Counted from the first letter of the stretch, positions 45,137-55,780 are shown. The stretch is 64,000 bases of DNA from Minisyncoccota bacterium (GCA_031291875.1 JARLIE010000040.1:3011-67010), one strand, 5' to 3'. Notes: generated from the letters alone by a model not told the origin. Numbers and translations are program-made.

Positions 45137-47581
45137 CTATTGGACGATAAATGTTTCCTCAGCTTCCTCCACGGTACCGCCCAGAAGCTGTCCTACGGCC
45201 CGTAGCTGCACGGGACCGTGATAGGTGGGCACAATGGTGAATGCATACGGAGGAATCGCAGATTGGCCCACTTCTGAGCCATTTACGTAATACACGACAT
45301 CCGCGACGGGCTGCGTGAGATCTTGAGCTTGCAGGGTGACAGGTGTTCCAAAGGGTACCGTTGCACCGGCTTGCGGCGACGTAATGACGAAGTGCGCAAT
45401 CGGCTGTTGAGAAGTGCCCCCCGGTATTGGATTGCCGTAATCGGCAGCACTTGAAGAAGCAAGTTGCCCGTTTTGCGCAGCCCAGATTTGTACCGGGTAA
45501 TCCCAGTAGGGCTGCTGCGGATCTTGCGCAGTCGGACGGCCTGCGAGCGGGTCACTTTTTTGCACCCAATAGAGGATGTCGTGAACACCTTGGGTAGGGT
45601 CGGTATTCCAGTTGCCCTGCAAGACCGGAGGAAGGTTGGCGGCCTCTGGCGCAGGTGGCGGGAACTGATCGTTTGAAGACGAGTATTTAGAGAGCGCGTA
45701 AGACATAATCTGGTGCCACGTCGGGGCAACGATAAAGGCTGCAATCTTCTTCACCATCGGTGAGTTGTCGTTATTACCTGCCCACTCACCGACAACGATG
45801 TTGGGGTCATAGCCGATGACCCAGGCGTCGCGTGAGTCGTCGGTCGTACCTGTTTTGTCGGCCACGTCGTACCCGTTGAACCACAAAACGCCGTGCGCGG
45901 TAAATTCGGGCGCGCGCGCATTGTCGTCGGAGAGAATGTCGTTCACGAGTCGCGCGATCTGCGGTTCAAGCGCTTGCTGCGGCTGCGGTGTGTATTGTTC
46001 GAGGACATTTCCGCTCGAATCTGTTACTTCAAGGATACCCGTCGGTGGATTAAATGTGCCATCGTTCGCAAAACCGCCATAGGCTGCTGTTTCCTGTAAG
46101 AGCGTGACATCACCACCCCCGAGCACCAAGGAAAGTCCGTAATTTTGCGGATCCGTGAGCGTGGTAATACCGAGTGACTCGGCCGTGGAGATCGATTGGG
46201 GAATACCGGCGAGATAGAGAACTTTCACCGACGCTACGTTGTCTGAGATCGCGATTGCATCTCGTAATGAGAGGGGACCATGGAACTGTCCATCATAGTT
46301 TGAGGGAGAGTAGCACGGCGATGTGTTATTAGTGTTGTCTTGCGGAGAACACTTGAGGGAGAATTGCGTCGGAAGGTCGAACACAACCGTATCAGGCGTA
46401 TATCCCGCTTCAAAGGCCGTCGCATAGACGAATGGTTTGAACGACGAGCCTGGCTGACGCAAGGCGAGAGCGTCGTTTACCTGGCCGTTGATAGTGTCGT
46501 TGAAGTAATCTTCCGAGCCAACCATTGAAAGAATTTGTCCCGTCTTTGGGTCGACAGCCACGACCGCTGTATTGGAGTCGTTGAAGTCAGCTTGGCGTTG
46601 TGCAGAGGTGGAAGCAACGACGTTTTCAGCGTATTGCTGCAGATCATAATCGAGTGTTGTGATGACTTTGAGTCCACCATTCTGCACGGCGTCGGCACCA
46701 TATTTTTGTTCGAGATATGCCTCAACGTAGAAAACGAAGTTTGGCGCCTTGATGCCCGAGGTGCTCTCTTGCTTGAATTGTACCTTTTCGGCAACCGCCT
46801 GGTCGTATTCGTCTTTTGTGATGTAACCTTGCTCAAGCATTTTTTGAAGCACGACGTCTTTTCGTGCATCGAGCGCAGCACGATTGCCGCCATAGGGCGA
46901 GTAGTAGGTCGGTGCTTGCGGAAGTGCCGCAAGATACGCCGCTTGTGCGAGATCGACTTGCCCAGCGTCGACACCGAAGAAATATTGCGATGCGGCTTCC
47001 ACGCCGTAGATTGGGCCGCCGTACGGCGTCTCGTTCAAATAGGCCGAAAGGATGTCATCCTTGGAATAAGAGTGCGTCAGGCGTAGGGCAAGAATAACCT
47101 CTTCAACCTTACGAGTAAGCGTTTTGTTAGTGGTCAGCAGCGCGTTTCTCACGACTTGTTGTGTGATCGTGGAAGCTCCTTGCGCATAGTAGCCATGCGT
47201 GAAGTCGGCGAGAAGCGCGCGAATGATCGAAGTCGGGTCGATGCCCGGATTCGAATAAAACGTTTGATCCTCGATCGCGATCGTCGCGTGTTGGATATAG
47301 GGGCTTATCTGGTTGAGCGGAACCGAGGTGCGTTCCTCTTCGCCGTGAACGTCGTAGAGCAAAACATTGCCCGTGCGATCGAAAATCTGCGTTGATTGAG
47401 AAACTCTACGATTTTGGAAATCGCTGATGGTCGGGATCGGCACCAATGAGGCCCAAATGACAATTCCTCCCATACCAAAAAGAATAAGCGCGAGGATGGC
47501 GACCCCCGTGAGACGGAGCCATTCGGGAGTCTTCCCGAGAAGGCGCTTGAAACTGCGCCACGCTTTCTTAAGCGTTCTCAT
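45137..47581 (-). CDS. Class A penicillin-binding protein (glycosyltransferase + transpeptidase)
   Basis: N-terminal TM, GT51 motifs (ATIAIEDQTFYSNPGIDP; RKVEE) and transpeptidase motifs (SxxK region, SDN, KTGT = DKTGTTDD). Long C-terminal extension. Confidence 0.9.
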   Translation of the reverse strand: MRTLKKAWRSFKRLLGKTPEWLRLTGVAILALILFGMGGIVIWASLVPIPTISDFQNRRVSQSTQIFDRTGNVLLYDVHGEEERTSVPLNQISPYIQHATIAIEDQTFYSNPGIDPTSIIRALLADFTHGYYAQGASTITQQVVRNALLTTNKTLTRKVEEVILALRLTHSYSKDDILSAYLNETPYGGPIYGVEAASQYFFGVDAGQVDLAQAAYLAALPQAPTYYSPYGGNRAALDARKDVVLQKMLEQGYITKDEYDQAVAEKVQFKQESTSGIKAPNFVFYVEAYLEQKYGADAVQNGGLKVITTLDYDLQQYAENVVASTSAQRQADFNDSNTAVVAVDPKTGQILSMVGSEDYFNDTINGQVNDALALRQPGSSFKPFVYATAFEAGYTPDTVVFDLPTQFSLKCSPQDNTNNTSPCYSPSNYDGQFHGPLSLRDAIAISDNVASVKVLYLAGIPQSISTAESLGITTLTDPQNYGLSLVLGGGDVTLLQETAAYGGFANDGTFNPPTGILEVTDSSGNVLEQYTPQPQQALEPQIARLVNDILSDDNARAPEFTAHGVLWFNGYDVADKTGTTDDSRDAWVIGYDPNIVVGEWAGNNDNSPMVKKIAAFIVAPTWHQIMSYALSKYSSSNDQFPPPAPEAANLPPVLQGNWNTDPTQGVHDILYWVQKSDPLAGRPTAQDPQQPYWDYPVQIWAAQNGQLASSSAADYGNPIPGGTSQQPIAHFVITSPQAGATVPFGTPVTLQAQDLTQPVADVVYYVNGSEVGQSAIPPYAFTIVPTYHGPVQLRAVGQLLGGTVEEAEETFIVQ

Positions 47582-47609
47582 TTATCACATTCTAGCGCGA
47601 TTTTTCTCG

Positions 47610-48098
47610 TTAAACTACCCGTGCGGGGATTCTCGCAAATGCGAGGTGTGCTATAGCAACTGCGATGGCGTCGTATTCGTCGTCGTGCTTGATAGTCTTT
47701 TCGATCTTAATAAGCAAGTGAATCATTGCTGCAATCTGCTTTTTGTCTGCTCTTCCAAAACCACTTGTGGCATTTTTGATCTGGGCAGGCGTGTATTCGA
47801 ATACCTCCACGCCGTGCGAGCTCGCACACTCGATCAGCGCTCCTCGAGCTTCGGCAACACGCATGGCGGTTTTTTGGTTGGTGTTAAAAAAGAGTTTTTC
47901 GATCGCGAAGCAGTCCGGTTCGTACTTCGTTATGAGTAAGGCGCAGCGCCTCGTTACCTCAGAGAGACGAAAGACGAATTCATCAGCAGCTTTGGTTTCG
48001 ACGCATTCTGAAAAAAGAAGGGTGTCTTTACCGTTATCCCGTTCGATGACGGCCATGCCGCAGCGGCCATATCCGGGATCAATACCGAGCACTCGCAT
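47610..48098 (-). CDS. ruvC: Holliday junction resolvase RuvC
   Basis: MRVLGIDPGYGRCGMAVIE... and the DEYDAIAVAIAH catalytic residues. Confidence 0.9.
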   Translation of the reverse strand: MRVLGIDPGYGRCGMAVIERDNGKDTLLFSECVETKAADEFVFRLSEVTRRCALLITKYEPDCFAIEKLFFNTNQKTAMRVAEARGALIECASSHGVEVFEYTPAQIKNATSGFGRADKKQIAAMIHLLIKIEKTIKHDDEYDAIAVAIAHLAFARIPARVV

Positions 48099-48190
48099 AA
48101 GTGAATTATAGTCGTAATTTATAGAGATGTTGCCAAAGTAGCATTTATATGTTATTGTTTGATTAGCTGTTCACAACAAAGCGAGGGAAT

Positions 48191-48445
48191 GTGCTATTTC
48201 CAACCAATAAAGCCCTAACGTTTTCTTCGAATCAGTATGAGGAGCTCGCAATCGCGGCTGCTCACATCACGTTCGGGGATTACATCAAGCTATTCGGCCT
48301 TTGTCCTCCGAATTCCGATTCGGGGCCGAAGCTGAAAGTCTACAAATGCAGATGTCCGATTGACGTACTTGCGTACGCTGATCTATTTTGGGAGTACGTC
48401 TGCCCGGGCGGCACGGTCTGCTTCCAAACACATATTCCCGAATAG
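48191..48445 (+). CDS. Small Cys-rich hypothetical protein
   Basis: 84 aa containing CRCP...CPGGTVC. No homology recognised. Confidence 0.25.
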   Translation: MLFPTNKALTFSSNQYEELAIAAAHITFGDYIKLFGLCPPNSDSGPKLKVYKCRCPIDVLAYADLFWEYVCPGGTVCFQTHIPE

Positions 48446-48483
48446 AGGAACAAGAAAGAGGCCCGCAACACGGGCCTCTTTAG

Positions 48484-49014
48484 CTATTCAGCGTTTGTAT
48501 AGACGTTTTCGACATCGTCATGCGCATCGATTTTTTCAAGCACTTTCATCAGCTCCTCGGTATCTGCCTCGGAAAGAGGAACGGTTGTCTTAGGGCTCCA
48601 GCCTTCGGCGGTCTTTTCGAATGCCCACGAGGCGCTGCCGGGCGCAGCCAGGGCGAGACCCAATTCACTCAAGAGGTGTTTTATTTCTTGCGCCGTGCGA
48701 TTGCGGCTATCGGTGACTGTCTCGATGATGATGGCGGAACCTCCTGGTCCGTAGGTTTCGTACGTGATTTGCTCAAGCATGTTTGCGTCCGCCGAAATTC
48801 CTTTGGCGACTGCGCGTTCGATCGTGTCTTTTGGCATATTCGCCTTCTTCGCTGTTTCGATCATCGTCCGTAAGGTGGGGGAGTTCACGTCGCCATTGGC
48901 TTTTTTGGACTCAACGGCAATACGCTTGCCGATCTTTCCCCACAAATTACTCTTCGCGGCATCGGCCGCGCCTTTTTGTCGCTTGATCTGAGCCCATTTG
49001 TTGTGTCCGGACAT
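48484..49014 (-). CDS. yebC: YebC/PmpR family transcriptional regulator (short, 176 aa)
   Basis: MSGHNKWAQIKRQKGAADAAKSNLWGKIGKRI... matches the YebC N-terminus. About 70 aa shorter than typical YebC. Confidence 0.8.
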   Translation of the reverse strand: MSGHNKWAQIKRQKGAADAAKSNLWGKIGKRIAVESKKANGDVNSPTLRTMIETAKKANMPKDTIERAVAKGISADANMLEQITYETYGPGGSAIIIETVTDSRNRTAQEIKHLLSELGLALAAPGSASWAFEKTAEGWSPKTTVPLSEADTEELMKVLEKIDAHDDVENVYTNAE

Positions 49015-49063
49015 GGCAGAAATATACGATACAATGCATTCGTTTACCAAACTCATTAAAATT

Positions 49064-49516
49064 ATGAAAGCTACGATCAATCGTTTGAGCCGTTTAACGC
49101 GCAATCGCGCTCTCGGCCTTTTACTCATTCGTCTCGCTACGGGCTTGGTGTTCCTCATGCATGGCTGGATGAAAATTAGCAATCTCTCCGGCGTCGAAGG
49201 CATGTTCACGCATATGGGGCTTGGCGGCCCGACGGGCATCTTCATTGCGTATCTCGAAGTGATCGGTGGCATTTGTCTTATTCTCGGAATCTTCACCCGT
49301 GTATTTGGCGTTGCGTTTGGCATTGAAATGCTGGTGGCGATTTTCATCACCGGCGGTTTCAACGGGTATCAGCCGCATGAGCTCGAACTCTACCTGATGC
49401 TCGTTTCGTTCGGCATCGCGCTCGCCGGATCGGGAAGCTATTCGCTCTGGAAAATGGAGTGCGACCTTTGTGGCGGCATGCTTTGCCGTGCGGACATGGA
49501 TTGCCCGGGAAGGTAA
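49064..49516 (+). CDS. DoxX family membrane protein
   Basis: 4 TM helices and LIRLATGLVFLMHGWMK, the DoxX signature. Start taken at Met23 to avoid overlap with yebC. Confidence 0.6.
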   Translation: MKATINRLSRLTRNRALGLLLIRLATGLVFLMHGWMKISNLSGVEGMFTHMGLGGPTGIFIAYLEVIGGICLILGIFTRVFGVAFGIEMLVAIFITGGFNGYQPHELELYLMLVSFGIALAGSGSYSLWKMECDLCGGMLCRADMDCPGR

Positions 49517-49519
49517 GCG

Positions 49520-50533
49520 TTACAGCAAACTCTTTTGTTCGTCGATAGGACGCGAGACGCCAATATGCTCGTAGCCTTTGTTCGTCACCATCCGACCGCG
49601 CGGCGTTCGGTCGATCAGACCAATTTGCATTAAGTAGGGCTCATGTACCTCTTCGATAGCGGCTTCTTCTTCCGACAATGCCGCCGCGATGGTCTTGAGC
49701 CCTACCGGACCGCCCTGAAATTTTTCAACGATGACCGTGAGAATGTCCCTGTCTGTTTGGTTGAGGCCGATCTCATCGATCTCAAGGAGCGCGAGCGCCT
49801 TTTTTACCGTTTTCACGTCGAGCGGTGTGTTGGAGACTTCGGCAAAATCGCGCGCCCGTTTCAGGAGATAGTTGGCCGTGCGGGGAGTGGCGCGAGAGCG
49901 GCGGGAAATTTCCATAAGTGAATCCGAATCCACCTCGATTCCGAGAATTTTTGACGAGCGGCGAAGAATTTCGGCGATTTCTTCATGATTGTAGTACTGC
50001 AAGCGGAAGGTACCGCCCGAGAAGCGCGAACGAAGCGGTGCCGAAAGCATGGAGATGCGCGTCGTTGCTGCGATGAGCGTGAAGGGCGGAAGCTCGAGCT
50101 GTACGGTACGAGCCGCAGGACCCTTGCCGATCACAATATCGAGCACTCCAGATTCCATTGCGGGGTAGAGAATTTCTTCGATCGTTCGATTGAGACGGTG
50201 GATTTCGTCGATGAAGAGCACGTCGCCAGGAGAAAGATTGGTCAGAATGCTCGCCAAATCCCCAACGCGCTCAATTGCGGGGCCGGAAGTCGCGCGCAAG
50301 TTGGCGCCGATTTCTTTGGCGATAAGGCTCGCGAGCGTCGTTTTGCCAAGACCGGGCGGACCGTACAAAAGCACGTGTTCCGGCTGGTGTTTGCGACCTT
50401 TAGCGGCATGCAAAAGGATCTGGAGGTTCTCTTTGATCGCTTCCTGACCGACATATTCCTTCCACTCGCCCGGCCTGAGAGCCTGATCGAGGGAACGAGG
50501 AGACTTTTCGAGTATGTGTTGTTCATTTGCCAT
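49520..50533 (-). CDS. ruvB: Holliday junction helicase RuvB
   Basis: LRPGEWKEYVGQE...LLYGPPGLGKTTLA... RuvB AAA+ motifs. Start taken at MANEQHILEK. Confidence 0.92.
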   Translation of the reverse strand: MANEQHILEKSPRSLDQALRPGEWKEYVGQEAIKENLQILLHAAKGRKHQPEHVLLYGPPGLGKTTLASLIAKEIGANLRATSGPAIERVGDLASILTNLSPGDVLFIDEIHRLNRTIEEILYPAMESGVLDIVIGKGPAARTVQLELPPFTLIAATTRISMLSAPLRSRFSGGTFRLQYYNHEEIAEILRRSSKILGIEVDSDSLMEISRRSRATPRTANYLLKRARDFAEVSNTPLDVKTVKKALALLEIDEIGLNQTDRDILTVIVEKFQGGPVGLKTIAAALSEEEAAIEEVHEPYLMQIGLIDRTPRGRMVTNKGYEHIGVSRPIDEQKSLL

Positions 50534-50825
50534 GTGGGTTCGGCTCAACTGCGCGCTCAAAGCGGGAAATCGAGGCGTACTTGACAATCCATTTATATAT
50601 GATATGCTCTCCACCAGAAGCGCTGAAGAGCGCTTTTTATTTTACCCCGAATCGCGAAAGCTATTGGGGCCGATACAGAGGTGCGCAGTATCGGGCAATG
50701 GTGGTTCTTCCAAGGACGAGTCGGTTTTGGCTGGCTCTATCCTTAGGATCTTGCCGCAACTTTTCTACAAAAGCATTGCCCGATAGTGTGCATCTCCGAA
50801 GATGCAAGAATCTACCCGAAAGATA

Positions 50826-50853
50826 CCACCCGATTGCTTCCACGCAATCGGGT
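50826..50853 (-). terminator. Hairpin downstream of pilB (cacccgattgc ttccac gcaatcgggtg)
   Basis: 11-bp perfect stem immediately after the pilB stop. Weak U-tract. Confidence 0.45.
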
Positions 50854-50867
50854 GTTGTGGTGTAAAT

Positions 50868-52580
50868 CTAGGCAATAGTCTCGAGCATCACCTGATCTTC
50901 GAGATCGACGACGCGTGCGAGTTCTTCGAGCGCGGTAACTCCTTGCAGGATTTTCACCGCGCCGTCTTGCGCCATGCGGCGGATTTGCTGGTGTTTGGCA
51001 GCGGCCCAGATATCCCGCTCGCTCGACGAGTGGCGAACGCAATCTTCTATTTGAGAGTCCATCAAAATGACTTCGACGACCGCGATACGACCCTTGTATC
51101 CCATGCCGCCGCACTTATCGCAGCCTTTGGGAACCCACATTTTATCGTGATTTTCCGGAAGCTCGTCTCCGTGTGGAATGTTTTTCAAAAGTCGATCCAT
51201 AGTTTCACGATCCTTGCCCTCGATCGGAACCTCCTGCCGACAATAGGGACATAGGCGTCGCACGAGGCGCTGCGCCATTGCTGTCGTCACGGCTGCGCCG
51301 AGAATGTCCGCATTCACGCCCATGTCGATAAGACGAGGGAAGGTTCCCGCGGCATCGTTGGTGTGAAGTGTCGTGAATACGAGGTGGCCAGTGAGCGACG
51401 CCTGGATCGCCGTCGAGGCGACTTCCGGGTCTCGGATTTCACCCACCATGATGACGTCTGGGTCCTGGCGTAGCGTCGAGCGCAATCCTTCTGCAAAGGA
51501 GTAGTCTTTGGAAACCTGCGTTTGCACGATTCCTTTCAGGTGATATTCGACCGGGTCTTCGATCGTGATGATCTTAATTTCGGAGGATGCGACTTTATTC
51601 AAGAATGCATAGAGCGTCGTCGTCTTACCGCTTCCCGTGGGTCCCGTGTTGAGGATCATGCCATTGGGCTTCGCGATTTCCCGATTGAAGATCTCCATAA
51701 GGTATTTATCGAATCCGAGGGCCTCCATAGGGAGTGCGATTGTTGTCGGATCGAGAACACGCATAACGATCGTTTCGGCGTAGTTGCCCGGCAATACGCT
51801 GGTACGAATTTCGATCTCTTTGCCGCCGACAACGATAGAAAAACGCCCGTCTTGAGCCGCATTTTTGACGTTTAGCTTTAGGCCTGCGAGCAATTTGAGA
51901 CGCGACGAAATCAGTGTGTAGGTTGGTACGTCGAACGTTGTCGCCTCCACCAAGACGCCGTCGAGACGATAGCGCATGCGAACTTCTGTTTCCTGCGGCT
52001 CGAGGTGTACGTCGGACGCACCGAGCGAGAGCGCGCCTGCCATGATGATCTCAAGTACACGTGAAATACGGTGTGTATCTTTGGAGCCGGCGTGTGATTG
52101 GATTTCGGCGCTGACATCAGCGAGCTTTTTTAGCTTCTGCATCATTTCCGAGATTGTTTCGTTGGAGAGCGTGAGGATACCGGCTTCAGTCTCGGTCGCG
52201 TACGAAATGTCGTGATAGCGATCCCACGCGTGCTCTAGGGAGGCTTGAGAAACAATAAAGCGACGCACCTGGTAGCCGAGGCGCTCAAGATTTTCGATTA
52301 CTTTTAACGCATCCGGCCGCTCCGGCGCGCGCATCGCGACCCAGAGCTGCTTGTTTATCTTATGAAACGGCGCGACTTCGGTTTGCTTCGCTTCCGGTTC
52401 TGCGATAAGACGCAACGCATCGGTATCGATTGCTTTGGAAGTTAGGTCGACGTATTCAATGCCGTACTTTTTTGAAAGCATTTCGGCGAGCTGTTCTTCT
52501 TCGCGCAACCGGAGCTCTTTCAGGCGCTCGTCTTGTTTTTTCTCATTGAACACGGTCATGCAAGTATTGTAACGCATCAA
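50868..52580 (-). CDS. pilB: Type IV pilus assembly / type II secretion ATPase PilB/GspE family
   Basis: GspII_E N-terminal domain, Walker A (ILNTGPTGSGKTTTLYAFL), Asp box, His box and a tetracysteine motif (CPYC...CDKCGG). Confidence 0.9.
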   Translation of the reverse strand: MMRYNTCMTVFNEKKQDERLKELRLREEEQLAEMLSKKYGIEYVDLTSKAIDTDALRLIAEPEAKQTEVAPFHKINKQLWVAMRAPERPDALKVIENLERLGYQVRRFIVSQASLEHAWDRYHDISYATETEAGILTLSNETISEMMQKLKKLADVSAEIQSHAGSKDTHRISRVLEIIMAGALSLGASDVHLEPQETEVRMRYRLDGVLVEATTFDVPTYTLISSRLKLLAGLKLNVKNAAQDGRFSIVVGGKEIEIRTSVLPGNYAETIVMRVLDPTTIALPMEALGFDKYLMEIFNREIAKPNGMILNTGPTGSGKTTTLYAFLNKVASSEIKIITIEDPVEYHLKGIVQTQVSKDYSFAEGLRSTLRQDPDVIMVGEIRDPEVASTAIQASLTGHLVFTTLHTNDAAGTFPRLIDMGVNADILGAAVTTAMAQRLVRRLCPYCRQEVPIEGKDRETMDRLLKNIPHGDELPENHDKMWVPKGCDKCGGMGYKGRIAVVEVILMDSQIEDCVRHSSSERDIWAAAKHQQIRRMAQDGAVKILQGVTALEELARVVDLEDQVMLETIA

Positions 52581-52621
52581 AGAAGAACGGCGCCCGAATT
52601 CTCAGGCGCCGTTTGGCGAGC

Positions 52622-52882
52622 TTAATGTCGCCAAGGTTTTTGCAAGAACATACCGAGTACGACGCCGCCGGCGAGGTCGATAAACACGTGCGAGGCGAGA
52701 GTCGCTATTCCCGGATCTAGCACTGCATTCGCGCCTTCGCCCAACTGCAGAAAGAAGATACCCAGCGCGCCGAAGATGAGTATTGCGAAGGCCGAAAATG
52801 CACTTGAGCTAATGTAGCCCAAACCGATTCCGGCTATGACAATGACGACGGTAATTAGAATATCATTCCAAAGCATGACCAT
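52622..52882 (-). CDS. Small hydrophobic membrane protein (hypothetical)
   Basis: About 86 aa with 2-3 TM helices, directly upstream of pilB on the same strand. Not a canonical prepilin, as it lacks a G/FTLIE leader. Confidence 0.3.
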   Translation of the reverse strand: MVMLWNDILITVVIVIAGIGLGYISSSAFSAFAILIFGALGIFFLQLGEGANAVLDPGIATLASHVFIDLAGGVVLGMFLQKPWRH

Positions 52883-52940
52883 CCTCCATGAGTGTGCCGG
52901 CGGCATTCAATCATGGGACGTTATTCAGTACAATGGCTGT

Positions 52941-53402
52941 ATGGAAATCAGGATTACTACTGTTGATGAGCTCAAGGCACTAGCGGCGCAATTTGTCGAA
53001 TCTATCGTACCGGGTAAGCAGGCGGTTATCGTCGCTCTCTCGGGAGATCTGGGGGCGGGCAAGACGACGTTTGTTCAGGCCGCGGCCGAGGTACTCGAGG
53101 TACGAGAGGATGTCACCAGCCCGACCTTTGTTATCGAAAAGATCTATCAACTTACGGGACAGAAATTCCAGCGACTCATTCATATAGACGCGTACCGGCT
53201 CGAAAGCTCGCACGAACTGGAGGTGCTCGGCTTTGAAGAGTTTCTAAAGGATCCAGGCAATTTGATTCTTCTTGAGTGGCCGGAAAAAGTATCGGAGCTT
53301 ATCCCGAGTGAGGCGGTACGAGTACGATTCGACATTCACGGCGACGAGCGTACTATTTCAATCAATGGCGGTGAAGAAAACAAAAAAGAAAGCCGAGGCT
53401 AG
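52941..53402 (+). CDS. tsaE: tRNA threonylcarbamoyladenosine biosynthesis protein TsaE
   Basis: IVALSGDLGAGKTTFVQ P-loop and the YjeE-family C-terminal region. Start taken at MEIRITTVDEL. Confidence 0.8.
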   Translation: MEIRITTVDELKALAAQFVESIVPGKQAVIVALSGDLGAGKTTFVQAAAEVLEVREDVTSPTFVIEKIYQLTGQKFQRLIHIDAYRLESSHELEVLGFEEFLKDPGNLILLEWPEKVSELIPSEAVRVRFDIHGDERTISINGGEENKKESRG

Positions 53403-53406
53403 CGAA

Positions 53407-55779
53407 ATGAAGCGACTCGTGCTCCTCGACTCGCACGCGATCATCCACCGCGCATACCATGCGCTGCCCGATTTCACCTCAAGCAAAGGAGAACCTACGG
53501 GTGCATTGTACGGATTAACCACAATGCTTTTGCGGTCGGTGGCCGATCTCAAGCCGGATTTTATCGTCGCAACGCGCGACCGCGCGGAAAAAACGCACCG
53601 GCACGAGGTCTATGAAGACTACAAAGGGACCCGCGCGAAGATCGACGATGCGCTCATTTCACAGCTCATCAAATCGGAAGAGGTGTTTCGCGCCTTCGGC
53701 ATTCCTGTCTACGACGCGGCTGGATATGAAGCGGACGACATCGTCGGCACTATCGCCAAACAAGTGGCGTCGGAAAAAGCTATTTCCGTTATCGTGGTGA
53801 CGGGAGATAAAGACCTACTGCAATTGGTCAACGATCAAGTGAAGGTCTATCGGTTGCTCACCGGCATCACCAATATGAAGTTTTATGACGAAGAGGTTAT
53901 TCGTGAGCAATACGGCTTCGCACCGCCGTTGATAGCGGATCTTAAGGGCATCATGGGAGATTCCTCCGACAATATAAAAGGTGTGCCGGGTGTCGGCGAG
54001 GGAAGCGCGATGAAACTCGTTCAGACATTCGGTACGATCGAGAATATCTACAAGGCGTTGAAAAAAGAGGGGGCGGAAACCGTCGCAAAAAAAGCTGGGA
54101 TCCAAAAACGCTACGCGGAACTTATGGCGGCAAACGAGGAAGCTGCAAAATTCTCCAAGGAATTGGCCACTATTTCGATAGACGCACCAATCAAATTCAC
54201 GTTGCCGAGCGAAGAGTGGCAGATCGCACATCATGCTAAAAGCATTATGGAACTGTGCGACAAACTCGAGTTCCGCTCAATCAAGGAACGCGTCGCGACG
54301 CTGGTCGGCGAGGAGACAGGGCAGGAAGCGGTGCCTGTTTTGGGCGGCGCTCCCGTCGACCCGACTGCTCTCGAGGAAACCTCAATCGCACTCTGGCTGC
54401 TCCATTCGGATACGACTACACCGACGCTCGAAGATATTTTGGCGTACGAGAATACTGACTCTTTCGAAACAGCAAAAAAAACCATTTTTACGGAACTAAA
54501 AAAAACAGGACGACTACAAGAAGTCTTTGACAGGATCGAAAAGCCGCTGATCCCGGTTGTTCATTCGATGAATGAAACGGGTATCTACCTCGATACGAAA
54601 TATCTCGCCGAGCTTTCACACGAATACAACAAAGAGCTCGCCGCGATAGCGACCCGTATCTACGACGTCGCGGGACACGAATTCAATATCGGCTCTCCGA
54701 AGCAGCTTGCGACGGTATTGTTCGACGAACTAAAAATTTCTTCCGGCGGCAAACAGAAGATGACGGCAACCGGCGCTCGCACTACCAAGGAAGATGAGTT
54801 GCTCAAAATGGCGGAAGGAAACCCGATTGTCGTCGACGTGCTGCAGTATCGCGAACTACAAAAACTGCTGGGAACCTATATCGACAAAATGCCTTCGCTC
54901 GTCGGGGAAGACGGCCGTTTGCATGCGCAGTTCTTGCAGTCGGGCACCGTAACCGGTCGCATGGGCTGCGAAAATCCGAATCTACAGAACATTCCAATCA
55001 AGACAGAGTATGGCCGACGCATTCGCGAGGCATTCGCCGCGCCCAAGGGCTTCGTGCTTGCTTCGCTCGACTATTCGCAGATCGAGCTGCGTATCGCTGC
55101 GGGTCTCTCCGGCGACAAAGACCTCGTCACTATTTTCAAAAATAACGAAGATGTGCACGCGGCGACCGCTTCGCACGTCTTCGGTGTGCCGCAAGACAAA
55201 GTCGATAAAGAAATGCGCCGCAAAGCGAAAGTGATCAACTTCGGGATCCTATACGGCATGGGCGTCAACGCGCTCAAGGCGAACCTCGGCATGGGAACGA
55301 CTCGCGAGGAAGCATCGAACTTTCTGGAGCAGTATTTCAAGAATTTCTCCGGCCTTGCCGCTTTCGTTGAGGAGCAGAAGAAACTGGCGCGTCAGCATGG
55401 CTATACGGAAACCCTCTACGGGCGTCGCCGGTACTTCCCGGGCATCCGGTCGCCGCTGCCGGGAATCGTCGCGCAGGCCGAACGTATGGCGGTGAATGCG
55501 CCAATCCAGGGCACGCAGGCCGACATCATCAAACTCGCGATGATTGAGGCGGATCGAGTCATCGAGAAAAATGGATGGCAGAAGAAGGCGAGACTCATGC
55601 TTCAGGTTCACGATGAACTTGTGTATGAGATCGAAGAGGGCGAAAGCGAGAAGATCGCACGGGAGATATGTTCGATCATGGAGAACGTTGTCTCGCAAAA
55701 AGCGCTCTCCGGAGTTCCTATCGTCGCCGAGATCGCGATAGGGGAGAACTGGGGTTCAACGAAGCGACTCAAAAAATAA
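53407..55779 (+). CDS. polA: DNA polymerase I
   Basis: 5'-3' exonuclease domain (MKRLVLLDSHAIIHRAYHA...) and Pol A palm motifs (DYSQIELR, RRKAKVINFGILYGM, LQVHDELV). An alternative start at 53365 would overlap tsaE. Confidence 0.92.
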   Translation: MKRLVLLDSHAIIHRAYHALPDFTSSKGEPTGALYGLTTMLLRSVADLKPDFIVATRDRAEKTHRHEVYEDYKGTRAKIDDALISQLIKSEEVFRAFGIPVYDAAGYEADDIVGTIAKQVASEKAISVIVVTGDKDLLQLVNDQVKVYRLLTGITNMKFYDEEVIREQYGFAPPLIADLKGIMGDSSDNIKGVPGVGEGSAMKLVQTFGTIENIYKALKKEGAETVAKKAGIQKRYAELMAANEEAAKFSKELATISIDAPIKFTLPSEEWQIAHHAKSIMELCDKLEFRSIKERVATLVGEETGQEAVPVLGGAPVDPTALEETSIALWLLHSDTTTPTLEDILAYENTDSFETAKKTIFTELKKTGRLQEVFDRIEKPLIPVVHSMNETGIYLDTKYLAELSHEYNKELAAIATRIYDVAGHEFNIGSPKQLATVLFDELKISSGGKQKMTATGARTTKEDELLKMAEGNPIVVDVLQYRELQKLLGTYIDKMPSLVGEDGRLHAQFLQSGTVTGRMGCENPNLQNIPIKTEYGRRIREAFAAPKGFVLASLDYSQIELRIAAGLSGDKDLVTIFKNNEDVHAATASHVFGVPQDKVDKEMRRKAKVINFGILYGMGVNALKANLGMGTTREEASNFLEQYFKNFSGLAAFVEEQKKLARQHGYTETLYGRRRYFPGIRSPLPGIVAQAERMAVNAPIQGTQADIIKLAMIEADRVIEKNGWQKKARLMLQVHDELVYEIEEGESEKIAREICSIMENVVSQKALSGVPIVAEIAIGENWGSTKRLKK

Positions 55780-55780
55780 T

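Noticed and set aside
45283-45744. 153-aa minus-frame ORF and other internal ORFs within 45137..47581
   Set aside because: Lie inside the well-supported class A PBP gene in alternative frames.
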